In this document: piece after piece, positions 15,581 through 26,143 of the stretch
How the letters are laid out: each line of letters begins with the position of its first letter
Position numbering within the stretch: position 1 is the first letter of the stretch
Assembly (NCBI GenBank): GCA_018817595.1
Contig: JAHITU010000004.1
Span: forward strand, 1 to 55,869
Direction of reading: 5' to 3'
Source: Patescibacteria group bacterium
GTDB lineage: Bacteria; Patescibacteriota; Minisyncoccia; Phycocordibacterales; UBA12079
Length of the DNA stretch: 55,869 nt
Position numbers and translations under genes: made by a program
Notes under the pieces: generated by a model
The model's input: the letters and a program-made list of their open reading frames with translations, nothing else
Databases searched by the model: none
What the model was told of the DNA's origin: nothing

Positions 15581-15669
15581 ACTATAAGCCTAAAAAACGA
15601 GTAAGACTTTTGTCTTACTCGTTTTTTAATGTTTTTATGTTTTAATGTTTTAATGATATAATTCTAATA

Positions 15670-17193
15670 ATGGAAAAAGAAGAAAATCAAAACTCAGAAA
15701 ACTTGAATCAAGGAACAGCAGAAAGGACTCAAGTTGATACTTTGGATATAAAACCAATGGAAGATTTGGGTATTAAAATAGAATCACAGGAATCAATTAG
15801 CAACGAAGTAAAAATGAAAAGTAATCCAGACCAACAAACATCACAAACAGAAGTTGATAATAATATCAAACTAGAAAACACAGTAAATAATTTAAACAAA
15901 GCTTTAGCATCTAAAGATCAAGATATCAGTTCTTTAGAAGAAGATGGTTTAATAGAAATAATTAAAAAAGAAAATCCAAAAAAAGAAGGTTTTTTAAATG
16001 AAAATACCCCACGGGTTCCACTTAATGAACATACAGAGGAATCTGTAAAGTCAGACTTACAAAAAGAACTGGACTCAAGCTTAAAAACTTCTCCAATAAA
16101 CGAGATAGAAAATTTAGAAAAAAAACAAGATGAACTAATATCAATTCCTCCTGGTGTAAATTTAGGAGATAAAGGATCCTCTTTAGAAAAAGCAACCAAT
16201 AAAGAAATATTACCTATAAAAAAACAACGGTATAGTTTAGAAGACGACATAGAATTACCTAAAGTTAACACTGATGAAAAAGTAATTCCTACTGAAGAAA
16301 TCAAAAAAGAAAATCCAATTGCAATTAGAACATATCGAGGAGATTTAGCTAAGGTAATTAAAACTGATAAAATTTCTTTAACTGAAGCTATTATTGCTGA
16401 AGAAAAAAAGAAAGATATTAATAAAAAGAAAATTGGTAATATTAAAAAAATTAACAAAACAACAAGAAAAAAAATATATTTGAGTTTGTTAAGTTTATTT
16501 TTAGTAATTTCTGGAGTATTTTTTGTAATATCTGTTTATTATTATAAACCAACCCCTATTATAAAAGTAGAAAATATAGAAGTAAAATCATTTATTTATT
16601 CAGAATATCAAAGAGAAATTTTTTTAGATAATTTAAATGTAGTCAAGTTAACAAAACTAATTCAAAGTAATTTAGAAAGCACTAATTTACCTTTAGGCTC
16701 TTTATTACACCTGTATATAACAAAAAGATATGACGAAAATAACTTAGTTGGAAAATCTATTGTAAGCACAAGAGAATTATTTTATTTAATTAACTCAAGG
16801 GCTTCAGAAACTCTTTTAAGATTTATTGAGCCTGATTTTATGTTTGGTTATTATTCATCTTCACAAGATTACCCTTTCTTAATTTTAAAAACTACCTCTT
16901 TTGATAATATATTTCCTGAAATGCTTACCTGGGAGAAAAATATAATTGGAGATTTAAGACCTCTTTTCGTAGAAAACAGACCTTCTATCTCAGAAAAGGG
17001 TTTAAGATCAGGAGAATTTGAATTTAAGGACATAATTATAAAAAACAAAGATACTCGGGCTGTTTTGGATGATTCGGGAGATATAATCTTTGCTTATTCC
17101 TTTATAGATAAAAATACAATTATTATAACGACAAGCAAAGCATCATTACAAGAAATATTTGATCGTTTGACTATTAGTTCAAGAGAAAGATAA
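15670..17193 (+). CDS. Hypothetical single-pass membrane protein with long acidic, low-complexity N-terminus
   Basis: 507-aa ORF with a TM segment at about 270-292 and a folded-looking C-terminus. No named family recognised. Confidence 0.8.
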   Translation: MEKEENQNSENLNQGTAERTQVDTLDIKPMEDLGIKIESQESISNEVKMKSNPDQQTSQTEVDNNIKLENTVNNLNKALASKDQDISSLEEDGLIEIIKKENPKKEGFLNENTPRVPLNEHTEESVKSDLQKELDSSLKTSPINEIENLEKKQDELISIPPGVNLGDKGSSLEKATNKEILPIKKQRYSLEDDIELPKVNTDEKVIPTEEIKKENPIAIRTYRGDLAKVIKTDKISLTEAIIAEEKKKDINKKKIGNIKKINKTTRKKIYLSLLSLFLVISGVFFVISVYYYKPTPIIKVENIEVKSFIYSEYQREIFLDNLNVVKLTKLIQSNLESTNLPLGSLLHLYITKRYDENNLVGKSIVSTRELFYLINSRASETLLRFIEPDFMFGYYSSSQDYPFLILKTTSFDNIFPEMLTWEKNIIGDLRPLFVENRPSISEKGLRSGEFEFKDIIIKNKDTRAVLDDSGDIIFAYSFIDKNTIIITTSKASLQEIFDRLTISSRER

Positions 17194-17207
17194 TATATGG
17201 TTGAAAG

Positions 17208-17247
17208 CCTGCCTGCCCACGCCTGCCAGTGCGCAGGAGTAGGCAGG
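17208..17247. repeat. CCTGCC-type REP-like palindrome (long form)
   Basis: Same family at 25893-25932, 26055-26074, 39484-39514, 40341-40360, 48925-48963 and 51088-51127. Confidence 0.85.
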
Positions 17248-17354
17248 TCTGTAAAATCCATAAAGTTAAAATTCAAAAAATTTGCAAAGTAAATTTTTTC
17301 TCAAGATATATTAATTTTATGATATAATAAATTTATTAATTTAATAAAAAATAT

Positions 17355-17720
17355 ATGGATACTAAAAAATACAAAGAAGCTTTGGAAAAAGAATTAGAAC
17401 TTTTAACTAAAGAATTAAAAGGAATAGGGGTAGTAGGTGGTGAAAACCCTGATGATTGGGTTGCGAAATCTGGAATAGGAACTATAAATGATGATGATAA
17501 ATCAGATGATAATGATAATGCTGATGATTTAGAAGAATTAGGAGAGAGAAATGCTATTGTTTCGGACTTGGAAATTCGTTTTAGAAATGTAAAAGAGGCA
17601 TTAAAAAGAATTGAAGATGGTACATACGGAATGTGTGAGGTGTCAGGACATCCTATTGAAGAAGACCGCTTAGAAGCCAATCCAGCAGCTACAACCTGTA
17701 AGGAACACATGAATGGCTAA
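17355..17720 (+). CDS. TraR/DksA family protein
   Basis: Coiled coil plus VKEALKRIEDGTYGMC...I-E-E-D-R-L-E-A-N-P-A-A-T-T-C. Confidence 0.9.
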   Translation: MDTKKYKEALEKELELLTKELKGIGVVGGENPDDWVAKSGIGTINDDDKSDDNDNADDLEELGERNAIVSDLEIRFRNVKEALKRIEDGTYGMCEVSGHPIEEDRLEANPAATTCKEHMNG

Positions 17721-17943
17721 CCTAATATAAAACTTTAAACACTTGAAGATAAAATCTTCGAGTGTTTTTATTTCCACAGTACCGGTTCTACTTTATGTCT
17801 TAAATGTATTAAAATGTATTTAATATGAATCCCGTTAGAGATTTAATGATTTCTAGGTTGTGTGTTTAGTTTCATATAAAGAGGAAATATAAATTATTAA
17901 TTTAATTAAGGTCGTCTGTTAATAACAGACTATCTCTAACGGG

Positions 17944-19488
17944 ATGAATTTTTCAAAAGTCCACTCAGCTCAAACAAATATGCTTAAAGCATATATTGTT
18001 GATATTGAAACAGATATTACAAAAGGAACTTTAAATAACTTTTCAATAGTAGGATTACCCGACACAGCGATTAAAGAATCTAAAGACAGGGTATCCGCCG
18101 CTATAAAAAATAGTGGCTTTAAATCTCCTAAAAAAAGAAATTGGAAAACTACCACTTCTCTTGCCCCAGCAAATATAAAAAAAGAGGGTCCTAATTTTGA
18201 TTTAGGTATTGCATTAGCTTTTCTTCTAGCTTCAGAAGATATTACCTTTAACCCACAAAATAAAATATTTTTAGGTGAATTAACTCTTGATGGAAAATTA
18301 CGAAAAATAAACGGTACTCTCTCTTTAGTGCGTGAAGCTAAAAGAAAAGGTTTTGAAGAAGTTTATCTTCCACAAGACAATGTAAAAGAAGGAGCTTTAA
18401 TTGAAGGAATTAAAATCTTTGGAGTAAGAGACTTGGCTCAATTAAGCCGTCACCTAAATTCAACTGAAACTGAAAAAGAATTAATTTGCGAATTAAGAGA
18501 AGCTCCTCGCACCAAAATAGAATATATAAATCTAATTCCTGAAATCGATTTTGCTGATGTAAAAGGACAAGAAACTGCTAAACGAGGATTAGAAATCGCT
18601 GCCTCTGGTGGTCACAACATTGCAATGTATGGACCTCCTGGGACTGGGAAAACAATGTTAGCTAAAGCCTTTAGAGAAATTCTCCCTCCTCTTTCTTTTG
18701 AAGATATTTTAGAAACCACGGCTATTCATTCAGTGGCTGGGGTATCTAATGGTGATTTAATTATTTCTCCTCCTTTTCGTTCTCCTCACCATACTACTTC
18801 TTATGTGGCTCTTGTAGGTGGGGGAACCAATCCTAAACCAGGGGAAGTTACTCTAGCTCACAAAGGAATATTATTCTTAGATGAATTCCCTGAATTCGAA
18901 AAAAGGTCTATCGAATCACTTCGCCAACCTTTAGAAGATGGGATTGTTAACATTTCCAGAGCTAGAGGCACAGCTACCTTTCCTGCTGATTTTATTTTAA
19001 TTGCTACCATGAATCCTTGTCCTTGTGGGAATTACGGCACTAAAAAAGAATGCGTCTGTACACCCACCCAAATATTGAATTACCAAAGGAAATTATCAGG
19101 ACCAATAATAGACAGAATTGATATGTGGGTTGAAGTTTCTAATATTGAATACTCAAAATTATCTGTTAAAAATGAAAGTCTTGAAAAAAGTATCGATATT
19201 CAAAAGAGGGTAGGTAAGGCAAGAGAAACTCAATTAAAAAGATTTTCTAATTCAAAAACCAATAATAATGCAAATATGTCTGCTAAGGATATAGAAAAAT
19301 TAGTTTTCTTAAATCCGGAAACTAAAAAAATTCTAAACCAGTCTGCCACTAGTTTAGAATTATCTGCTCGGGCTTATCATAAAATAATAAAACTGGCTCA
19401 AACCATCGCTGATTTGAGCCAGTCACCTGAAATTCTTCCGGAACACATATTGGAGGCTATCCAATATCGTCCGAAAAAGGTTTTATGA
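17944..19488 (+). CDS. comM: YifB/ComM Mg-chelatase-like AAA+ ATPase
   Basis: VGLPDTAIKES, GPPGTGKTM, PFRSPHHT, GEVTLAHKGILFLDEFPEF, MNPCPCG and SGPIIDRIDM motifs. Confidence 0.95.
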   Translation: MNFSKVHSAQTNMLKAYIVDIETDITKGTLNNFSIVGLPDTAIKESKDRVSAAIKNSGFKSPKKRNWKTTTSLAPANIKKEGPNFDLGIALAFLLASEDITFNPQNKIFLGELTLDGKLRKINGTLSLVREAKRKGFEEVYLPQDNVKEGALIEGIKIFGVRDLAQLSRHLNSTETEKELICELREAPRTKIEYINLIPEIDFADVKGQETAKRGLEIAASGGHNIAMYGPPGTGKTMLAKAFREILPPLSFEDILETTAIHSVAGVSNGDLIISPPFRSPHHTTSYVALVGGGTNPKPGEVTLAHKGILFLDEFPEFEKRSIESLRQPLEDGIVNISRARGTATFPADFILIATMNPCPCGNYGTKKECVCTPTQILNYQRKLSGPIIDRIDMWVEVSNIEYSKLSVKNESLEKSIDIQKRVGKARETQLKRFSNSKTNNNANMSAKDIEKLVFLNPETKKILNQSATSLELSARAYHKIIKLAQTIADLSQSPEILPEHILEAIQYRPKKVL

Positions 19489-19680
19489 GTTCTTTTTGTA
19501 ATACACGATGGCGGTGTGATGGGTCATCATCACACCTTCAACAACTGTAGAACTCTGGTTAAATTGCGGTTTACCAATACTGGTAACTCTTTCATAAAAA
19601 CCATTAACCTCTCTTATAAAGGATTCAAAAGCTTTTGGTTCTTGACTTTTGACTACTTTGGAAAAAGTTTTTACTAACAT
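19483..19680 (-). CDS. Small orphan protein (65 aa)
   Basis: AGGAGG upstream of the ATG and a TTGCTT-N16-TATAGT promoter. Confidence 0.6.
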   Translation of the reverse strand: MLVKTFSKVVKSQEPKAFESFIREVNGFYERVTSIGKPQFNQSSTVVEGVMMTHHTAIVYYKKNS

Positions 19681-19905
19681 AAGACCTCCTAGTGTTTATT
19701 AAAAGTTAAACTACCTCTCAAAACTATACTGATAGTTTAGGAAAAAGCAAGAGATTTTTAATCAAAAAATCTCGCAGTCCCTCATTATTCCTACTACCAA
19801 CAGGTATAGGGGAAAATTATATAATAAATGTTATTATATATATTATTAATAACATGTCCCCAACCAATTAAATTACTGGTAGGCGAACGCTAATACTTAA
19901 ATAAT

Positions 19906-20268
19906 ATGGATCAAATGAATTTAAAAAGAGCTCTTGACCAACTTCAACAAGAAGTAACCAGAGAATTAACAGAGCTTCAACAACTCAAAACAAAATTACA
20001 AACACTACAGACAGAAAAACCTCAAAAAACCCAAGAATTAAAACAAAAAGAAAATGATTTACAAAAACTCAAAACAGAAATAAAACAACTTGAAAATGAA
20101 ATTCCTAAACTGAAATCAGAAATAAAAACAAACGAATACGAAACAAATAGAATTTCAGGAATCATAAAAACAACAGAAAGAGAGCATGAATTTAAAAAAC
20201 GAGATTTACAAAAAATTCAGACAGATTTCACCCAAGCATCACAAGGTAATAATTTTAAACAATTTTAA
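19906..20268 (+). CDS. Coiled-coil hypothetical protein
   Basis: Heptad-rich Q/K/E/L sequence followed by a terminator hairpin. Confidence 0.75.
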   Translation: MDQMNLKRALDQLQQEVTRELTELQQLKTKLQTLQTEKPQKTQELKQKENDLQKLKTEIKQLENEIPKLKSEIKTNEYETNRISGIIKTTEREHEFKKRDLQKIQTDFTQASQGNNFKQF

Positions 20269-20335
20269 TTTATAATTCTAGAAACAAAAACAAAAAACAC
20301 TTGGAGATATCTCCAAGTGTTTTTTGTTTTTATTT

Positions 20336-21361
20336 CTAGAAAGGATTCTTTGCTCCACGCACTTCAAAGTGAACATGAGAACCAGTTGATCTTCCTGTTG
20401 AACCCATATATCCAATTACTTGGCCTTGAACCACATGATAACCAGACCATACTATATTGGAACTATTATGTGCATATAAGGTTTGAGTTCCATTACTGTG
20501 TTTAATTACAATATAGTTACCATAACCACCATTCCAATAACCATTATCTTTTGAAATAATTACTTCTCCTGAAGCAGCTGCTAGAATAGGTGTTCCTATT
20601 GGAGCAGCGAAATCTATAGCATTATAACCATGTAAATTTTGAGAGACTCTTCCTCCTGAAAGAGGTCTGATGTAGTAACCTGAATATTCAGGTCCGCTAG
20701 TCCCTCTAACATTTATTTGATTTCTCAAGATGCTTTGTGTTAAAGAAGAACTTTTTGATGTAATAGGAGCTGGAAGTGCATCAATTCCTCCCGGAATAAC
20801 AACCTCGTCCCCAATAGCAAGAGTTTCATCTTCTAATAAGTTGTTATATTGTCGTGTTTCTTTCAAGTCTCCTTTGTATTTCTTAACAATAGAAGCAAGA
20901 GTTTCTCCTTTAGATACAGTATGTTTAACCCCAGAAATAGGTAATATACTCAAAACTTGCCCATTTTTAATTAAATCTCCTTGTTTTATGTCATTTGACC
21001 AAATAATAGTACCCACAGAAACACCAAACATTTCAGCGATTTGTCCTAAGGTATCACCATCACGTACTATATATGTGGCAATTTTATCTGAATTAGGACG
21101 CTCTTCAATATTTGCCATTGTCCCGCTTGGTCCAGTTTCAGAAGAAAGAGCAGAATCGTCTACGATCACTATTTCTCCACCTCCTTGAGCTGAATTAAAA
21201 TTACTACTAATAGAAGCTTTTAATAAAGCCATGTTTTGTGAGTTTAAACTACTATTATTTGTATTAACTGAAGCCTCAGCAGTGTTTTCGAACCATCCAG
21301 AAACTATTGAAAAAACACCTGCATTACTAATAGAAGGTGTTATTAATATAGCTAAAACCAC
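20336..21361 (-). CDS. LysM-domain M23 family peptidase
   Basis: Two LysM repeats (YIVRDGDTLGQIA, HTVSKGETLASI) and M23 motifs HGYNAID, YAH and HVHFEV. Start uncertain. Confidence 0.93.
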   Translation of the reverse strand: MVLAILITPSISNAGVFSIVSGWFENTAEASVNTNNSSLNSQNMALLKASISSNFNSAQGGGEIVIVDDSALSSETGPSGTMANIEERPNSDKIATYIVRDGDTLGQIAEMFGVSVGTIIWSNDIKQGDLIKNGQVLSILPISGVKHTVSKGETLASIVKKYKGDLKETRQYNNLLEDETLAIGDEVVIPGGIDALPAPITSKSSSLTQSILRNQINVRGTSGPEYSGYYIRPLSGGRVSQNLHGYNAIDFAAPIGTPILAAASGEVIISKDNGYWNGGYGNYIVIKHSNGTQTLYAHNSSNIVWSGYHVVQGQVIGYMGSTGRSTGSHVHFEVRGAKNPF

Positions 21362-21668
21362 AAAAAAACCAGCATTTTTTACAACGAAAATGCTAAAATC
21401 TGTTTTAATCGCTTGTTTCAGCCGTATTTTCGTGGAAACAAGGTCTTTTATATTATGTATAATAAGCCTAAATGTTAAATTTATACGGACATTCGGTCAT
21501 TTTCTATCAATTCAGTATTACTTAAATATGTTAATATAATACCAAAAAACTTTAAAAAGTCAACGACTTTTAACTTTTAAAAATTTTATCTATATTTAAA
21601 ATATCTTCTATAATTTTATCAGTTTGAGTACCTCAGTCTAGCGAAACTGTGGATAAAAAAGAGGGGTT

Positions 21669-21746
21669 AGAATATTTGTATAATGTGTTTTTTGAAACCC
21701 AAACCCAAGCCCAACCATTTCAAAAAACGCATTCTACAAATATTCT
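21669..21746. repeat. 29-bp inverted repeat (27/29) enclosing a C-tract/G-tract loop
   Basis: Arms at 21669-21697 and 21718-21746; loop CCCAAACCCAAGCCCAACCA. Confidence 0.8.
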
Positions 21747-21838
21747 TTGTTGAGAGGTGAGAGAGTGAAACTTTGCTTCGCCCTTATACATAATACATAA
21801 TACTTAATACATAATACAGATGTGTTATACTAGTGCTC

Positions 21839-23815
21839 ATGAATTATTTAGACGAACTAAACCCTGAACAACAAAAAGCGGTCTTGCATAAAACAGGTCC
21901 TCTTTTAATTTTAGCGGGAGCAGGGGCTGGAAAAACCAGAACAATTACATATCGTATTTTGCATTTAATAAAACAAGGAATTGCTCCTGAAAATATTTTA
22001 GCCGTAACTTTTACCAACAAAGCGGCTAAAGAAATGAAAGAAAGGGTTTTAGAATTAATTAACCAAGACAAAGAATTAAATCTACCTATTACTTTTCATA
22101 ACCAACCTTTTATCAAAACTTTCCACTCTCTCGGAGTATATATCCTGAGAGAAAATTTCAGAGAAGTGAATATTCCTAAGAACTTTTCTATTCTAGATAA
22201 AAACGATGCTCAAAAAATAATTAAAGATATTGTAGTTTCTTTAGACCTAGACCCTAAACAATACGAACCTAAAAAAATCCTAGGTTTAATCTCTCGTCAA
22301 AAAGGAAAATTTATTACAGCTTCAACTTTTGAAGATAGGATTAGTCATTCATCCCAACACGGAAGTGAATTTCTTTTAAAGATTACCGCTAAAGTTTGGA
22401 AACAATATGAAGAAACTCTTCAAAAAGAATCTTCTTTAGATTTTGATGACTTACTTTTGAAAACAGCAGTTCTATTACAAACCAATAAAGAAGTTCTGGA
22501 AAAATACCAAAATCGTTGGCAACAAATTCATGTAGATGAATACCAGGACACCAATAAGGTGCAATACAAAATTGCTCAATTACTATCAAAGAAACACCAA
22601 AATATTTGTGTGGTGGGGGATGCAGACCAAAATATTTATTCTTGGAGAGGAGCCAATATTCAAAACATTTTGAATTTTGAAAAGGACTTCAAAAAAGCTC
22701 AAACTATTTTATTAGAAGAAAATTATCGCTCTTCCAAGAATATTTTGAATGCAGCTAATGAAATTATTCAGAAAAATTCACAAAGGCAAGAGAAAAATCT
22801 TTTCACTAAAAACTCTGAAGGAGAAAAAATTGGAATTTATTTAGCCTATAACGAAGGGGACGAAGCTAATTTTGTAGCTCAAAAATGCAAAACTTTAATC
22901 AACGAAGAAAATGTCTCACCTAAAGAAATCGCCGTATTATACAGGACTAATTTCCAATCCCGTGTGCTCGAGGAAGCTTTTCTTAATAATAATGTACCTT
23001 ACCAAGTCCTAGGTACAAAGTTCTTTGACCGTAAAGAAATCAAAGATATTATTGCTTATTTAAAAGTATCTTTAAATCCTCAAGACCTAACTAGTCTTAA
23101 GAGAACTATCAACACCCCTGCTCGAGGGATTGGAAAAGTAACCCTAGCTAAAATAGTTACAGACCAAGAAAACGAACTTAGCCCAACTGTAAAAATTAAA
23201 GTCCAAGCTTACCGAGATGTTTTATCAAATATCCAAAAAAACTCTGAAACATTAAAACCATCTGATTTAATTAAGTTTATTATTTCTGAATCAGGAGTGG
23301 CAGAACAATATAAAAGAGGAACTGAGGACGATTTAGAAAGACTTTCTAATATGAAGGAATTAGTTTCTCTAGCTGTTAAATATGATTCTATACCATTAGG
23401 TGAGGGATTAGAAAAATTATTAGAAGAAGTAGCCTTAACTAGCGACCAAGATGAAATGGATAAAGACACAGGAGCAGTCAAATTAATGACAATTCACGCA
23501 GCTAAAGGACTTGAGTTTGATAATGTGTTTATCACAGGGTTAGAAGACGGACTCTTTCCATCAAAAATGATGGCAGAAAATAGTACAGAAAGAAGCGAGG
23601 AAGAAAGAAGATTATTTTATGTTGCCTTAACTAGAGCTCGTAAAAAATTATTTCTTTCCTATACATCTATGCGAACTATTTTTGGTTCTCGTCGCTCCAA
23701 TACAGTTTCGGAATTTATCACTGATATTCCAGAAAGTTTACTAGAATATACCGATGCAGGAGAGGAAAGCCTTTCCCAAGATGACGAGGAAAAGATTCAA
23801 TATTTGGAGTGGTAA
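21839..23815 (+). CDS. pcrA: UvrD/PcrA ATP-dependent DNA helicase
   Basis: AGAGAGKT, TFTNKAA, VDEYQDTN, VGDADQNIYSWRGA, MTIHAAKGLEF and EEERRLFYVALTRA motifs. Confidence 0.97.
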   Translation: MNYLDELNPEQQKAVLHKTGPLLILAGAGAGKTRTITYRILHLIKQGIAPENILAVTFTNKAAKEMKERVLELINQDKELNLPITFHNQPFIKTFHSLGVYILRENFREVNIPKNFSILDKNDAQKIIKDIVVSLDLDPKQYEPKKILGLISRQKGKFITASTFEDRISHSSQHGSEFLLKITAKVWKQYEETLQKESSLDFDDLLLKTAVLLQTNKEVLEKYQNRWQQIHVDEYQDTNKVQYKIAQLLSKKHQNICVVGDADQNIYSWRGANIQNILNFEKDFKKAQTILLEENYRSSKNILNAANEIIQKNSQRQEKNLFTKNSEGEKIGIYLAYNEGDEANFVAQKCKTLINEENVSPKEIAVLYRTNFQSRVLEEAFLNNNVPYQVLGTKFFDRKEIKDIIAYLKVSLNPQDLTSLKRTINTPARGIGKVTLAKIVTDQENELSPTVKIKVQAYRDVLSNIQKNSETLKPSDLIKFIISESGVAEQYKRGTEDDLERLSNMKELVSLAVKYDSIPLGEGLEKLLEEVALTSDQDEMDKDTGAVKLMTIHAAKGLEFDNVFITGLEDGLFPSKMMAENSTERSEEERRLFYVALTRARKKLFLSYTSMRTIFGSRRSNTVSEFITDIPESLLEYTDAGEESLSQDDEEKIQYLEW

Positions 23816-23939
23816 AGATTTATTTTTTAGTCCGCCTCCGCCAGCTGGCGGATGGTGGATTAGAAATTAGGTAATTAAGAATTAAGTAATTAGAGAAAGG
23901 ACGACAAGCTCCGTTTGTCGTCCTTTTTAGTTTCTTAAA

Positions 23940-24431
23940 TTATATTTTTTTTATAGCCTTAACCAAGGTTTTTATTTTTATAATAAGAAAACCATCATCT
24001 GTACCTTCTATAAATTGACTAATAGGAGATTTGTAAGCACCTAATTTACTTAAATCTCCTTCTTTTAAAAGAGATAATTTAACCTCAACCTCACTATCTT
24101 TTAGGAAACCACAAACTCTAACAAGACTACCTTTAACTAAGGTATATCCCATTTTTGAGGCTATCTCTATAGGGAACATATATTGGGCAAAGGTACTTTC
24201 CATCGGGTCAAAAAAATCTATATTATTTTCAATAACGTAAATTTCTCCAGCATTAATCTTCCCCCAATCATCGACGACAACACACTTTTTTGTAGAGTAA
24301 TAAAAATTTACAATTTTTTCATACGGTGAAATCATATATAACATTAGAAGAATCATAGGTAAAAAAAGCATACCAACCGATATATTTATAGGATTTAAAT
24401 AGATGTTGTCCATATGGATAAATTTTTTCAT
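23940..24431 (-). CDS. Orphan membrane-anchored protein
   Basis: AAGGAG upstream, TTGACA-N17-TATGAT promoter at about 24538-24566 on the minus strand, N-terminal TM segment, and a terminator at about 23893-23930. Confidence 0.7.
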   Translation of the reverse strand: MKKFIHMDNIYLNPINISVGMLFLPMILLMLYMISPYEKIVNFYYSTKKCVVVDDWGKINAGEIYVIENNIDFFDPMESTFAQYMFPIEIASKMGYTLVKGSLVRVCGFLKDSEVEVKLSLLKEGDLSKLGAYKSPISQFIEGTDDGFLIIKIKTLVKAIKKI

Positions 24432-24629
24432 TTTGAACTCCTTTTAATTTTAATATTGTTTATGAACTCGTCCTTTATCTTCTTATATCTCCTTTTTTTG
24501 GTTTTAAACTATAAAACTACATTAATTTTCTAATTTAATCATACACTGTTTTAAGTATAATGTCAAGGTTTCGTCTTGTAATCACTCATATTTATAAATT
24601 TAATATATATGAAAATGTAATTTAAATAA

Positions 24630-24733
24630 GGGATTGCTTCGTCGTACCTCCTCGTAAAGACGAATTTTGCTTTTGGTAGAATTCATTACTAATCACTTTA
24701 GTGATTCGTCTTCGTGAGCCTATAAAGAGATCC
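24630..24733. repeat. RPE/REP-like element copy
   Basis: GGATTGCTTCGTCGTACCTCCTCGTAAAGACG...AATCACTTTAGTGATTCGTC shares a core with 5264-5388. Confidence 0.75.
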
Positions 24734-24809
24734 ATAAATTTTTATTTATTGCTATTTTATTGTACATAATACATACTATTTGATAATTAAATACAAATAA
24801 CCAACTGTA

Positions 24810-25658
24810 ATGGAAAAAATTATCGCTAAAAAATCTTTGGGGCAGAATTTCTTAAAATCATCTACTATTTTAGATAAGATTATTTCGACTGCTGATGTTC
24901 AGGAAAATGATATTGTTTTGGAGGTGGGCCCAGGAAAAGGGGCTTTAACTGAAAAACTTCTTGAAAAAGCTAAAAAAGTGGTAGCTGTAGAAAAAGACGA
25001 CCGTTTAATCTATTTTTTAAAGGAAAAATTTGCAGAAGAAATAAAAAAAGGTAAATTCACCTTAATTCGTGGAGATATTTTAAATTTTGACCCCAATTCA
25101 ACAACTGACGGATTAAAAACAGAATTATGTGGGGGTGAAACCCCCACAGATTTTGATGGGTATAAAGTGGTGGCGAATATTCCTTATTATATTACAGGAA
25201 AACTGATAAGGAATTTTTTATCCTCTGATTTTCAACCATCTCAAATGGTTTTAATGGTTCAAAAGGAAGTAGCTAATCGGATAGTAGGGGAAAAGGACAC
25301 AAAAAAGCCCAAAGAAAATATTCTATCTTTAAGTGTTAAAGTCTATGGAATACCAAAATATATCAAAACTATTCCTGCTAAATACTTTTCTCCACAACCA
25401 AAGGTTGATTCGGCTATTCTTTTAATAGATAAAATATCTAAAGACTTTTTCAAAAATATAGATGAAGAAAAGTTCTTTGATTTAATTCATCAAGCTTTTT
25501 CCAGTAAAAGAAAGGTTTTAGTGAATAATCTTTCAAAAATATTACCTAAAGAAGACCTTGTTTCAATATTAGAAAAACTTAACATTTCCCCAAAAACTAG
25601 AGCAGAAGACCTTTCTGTTGATAATTGGAAAGATTTGTATCAAGAACTCAAAATTTAA
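24810..25658 (+). CDS. rsmA: 16S rRNA dimethyltransferase KsgA/RsmA
   Basis: KKSLGQNFL, VLEVGPGKGALT, VANIPYYIT and FSPQPKVDSA motifs. Confidence 0.97.
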   Translation: MEKIIAKKSLGQNFLKSSTILDKIISTADVQENDIVLEVGPGKGALTEKLLEKAKKVVAVEKDDRLIYFLKEKFAEEIKKGKFTLIRGDILNFDPNSTTDGLKTELCGGETPTDFDGYKVVANIPYYITGKLIRNFLSSDFQPSQMVLMVQKEVANRIVGEKDTKKPKENILSLSVKVYGIPKYIKTIPAKYFSPQPKVDSAILLIDKISKDFFKNIDEEKFFDLIHQAFSSKRKVLVNNLSKILPKEDLVSILEKLNISPKTRAEDLSVDNWKDLYQELKI

Positions 25659-26143
25659 ATAAAATCCAACACCTCAAGTCGTTGAGGTGTTGGATTGTTT
25701 TATGGCTCTAATGAGTCATAATTTAAAAATATTTGGAAATAACATTTCCAAATATTTTTTGTTTTTTTTAGACTGCCGCGTCAGAAATTTTAAAAAAAAA
25801 TAGCCCAACTAGTTGGGCTATTTCTTTTTTAAAATTTCTCTCCTCGCAGAGACGGATTTTGCGATGCAAAATTCATATACATAATACCCTAACCTGCCTG
25901 CCCACGCCTGCAGGCGCGCAGGGATAGGCAGGGATGACGATGTTTGAGGTTTTGGTTTTTTATAGCACAACAAGGACTTATTAAACAATCCTCTTTTAAC
26001 CTATTTTATAAAGTTTTTAATTTTTATGACTTTCGATTTTATGGACTTTATAGACCTGCCTGCCGGCAGGCAGGCTTTCGACTCGTTAAAGTTATTCACA
26101 ATTTATTAAAAAATATATATAAAAAATGATATAATTTATCGGA

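Noticed and set aside
13155-25700. Shared CTCAACGACTTGAG core in hairpins at about 13155-13194 and 25661-25700
   Set aside because: Adequately explained as related intrinsic terminators after relE and rsmA.
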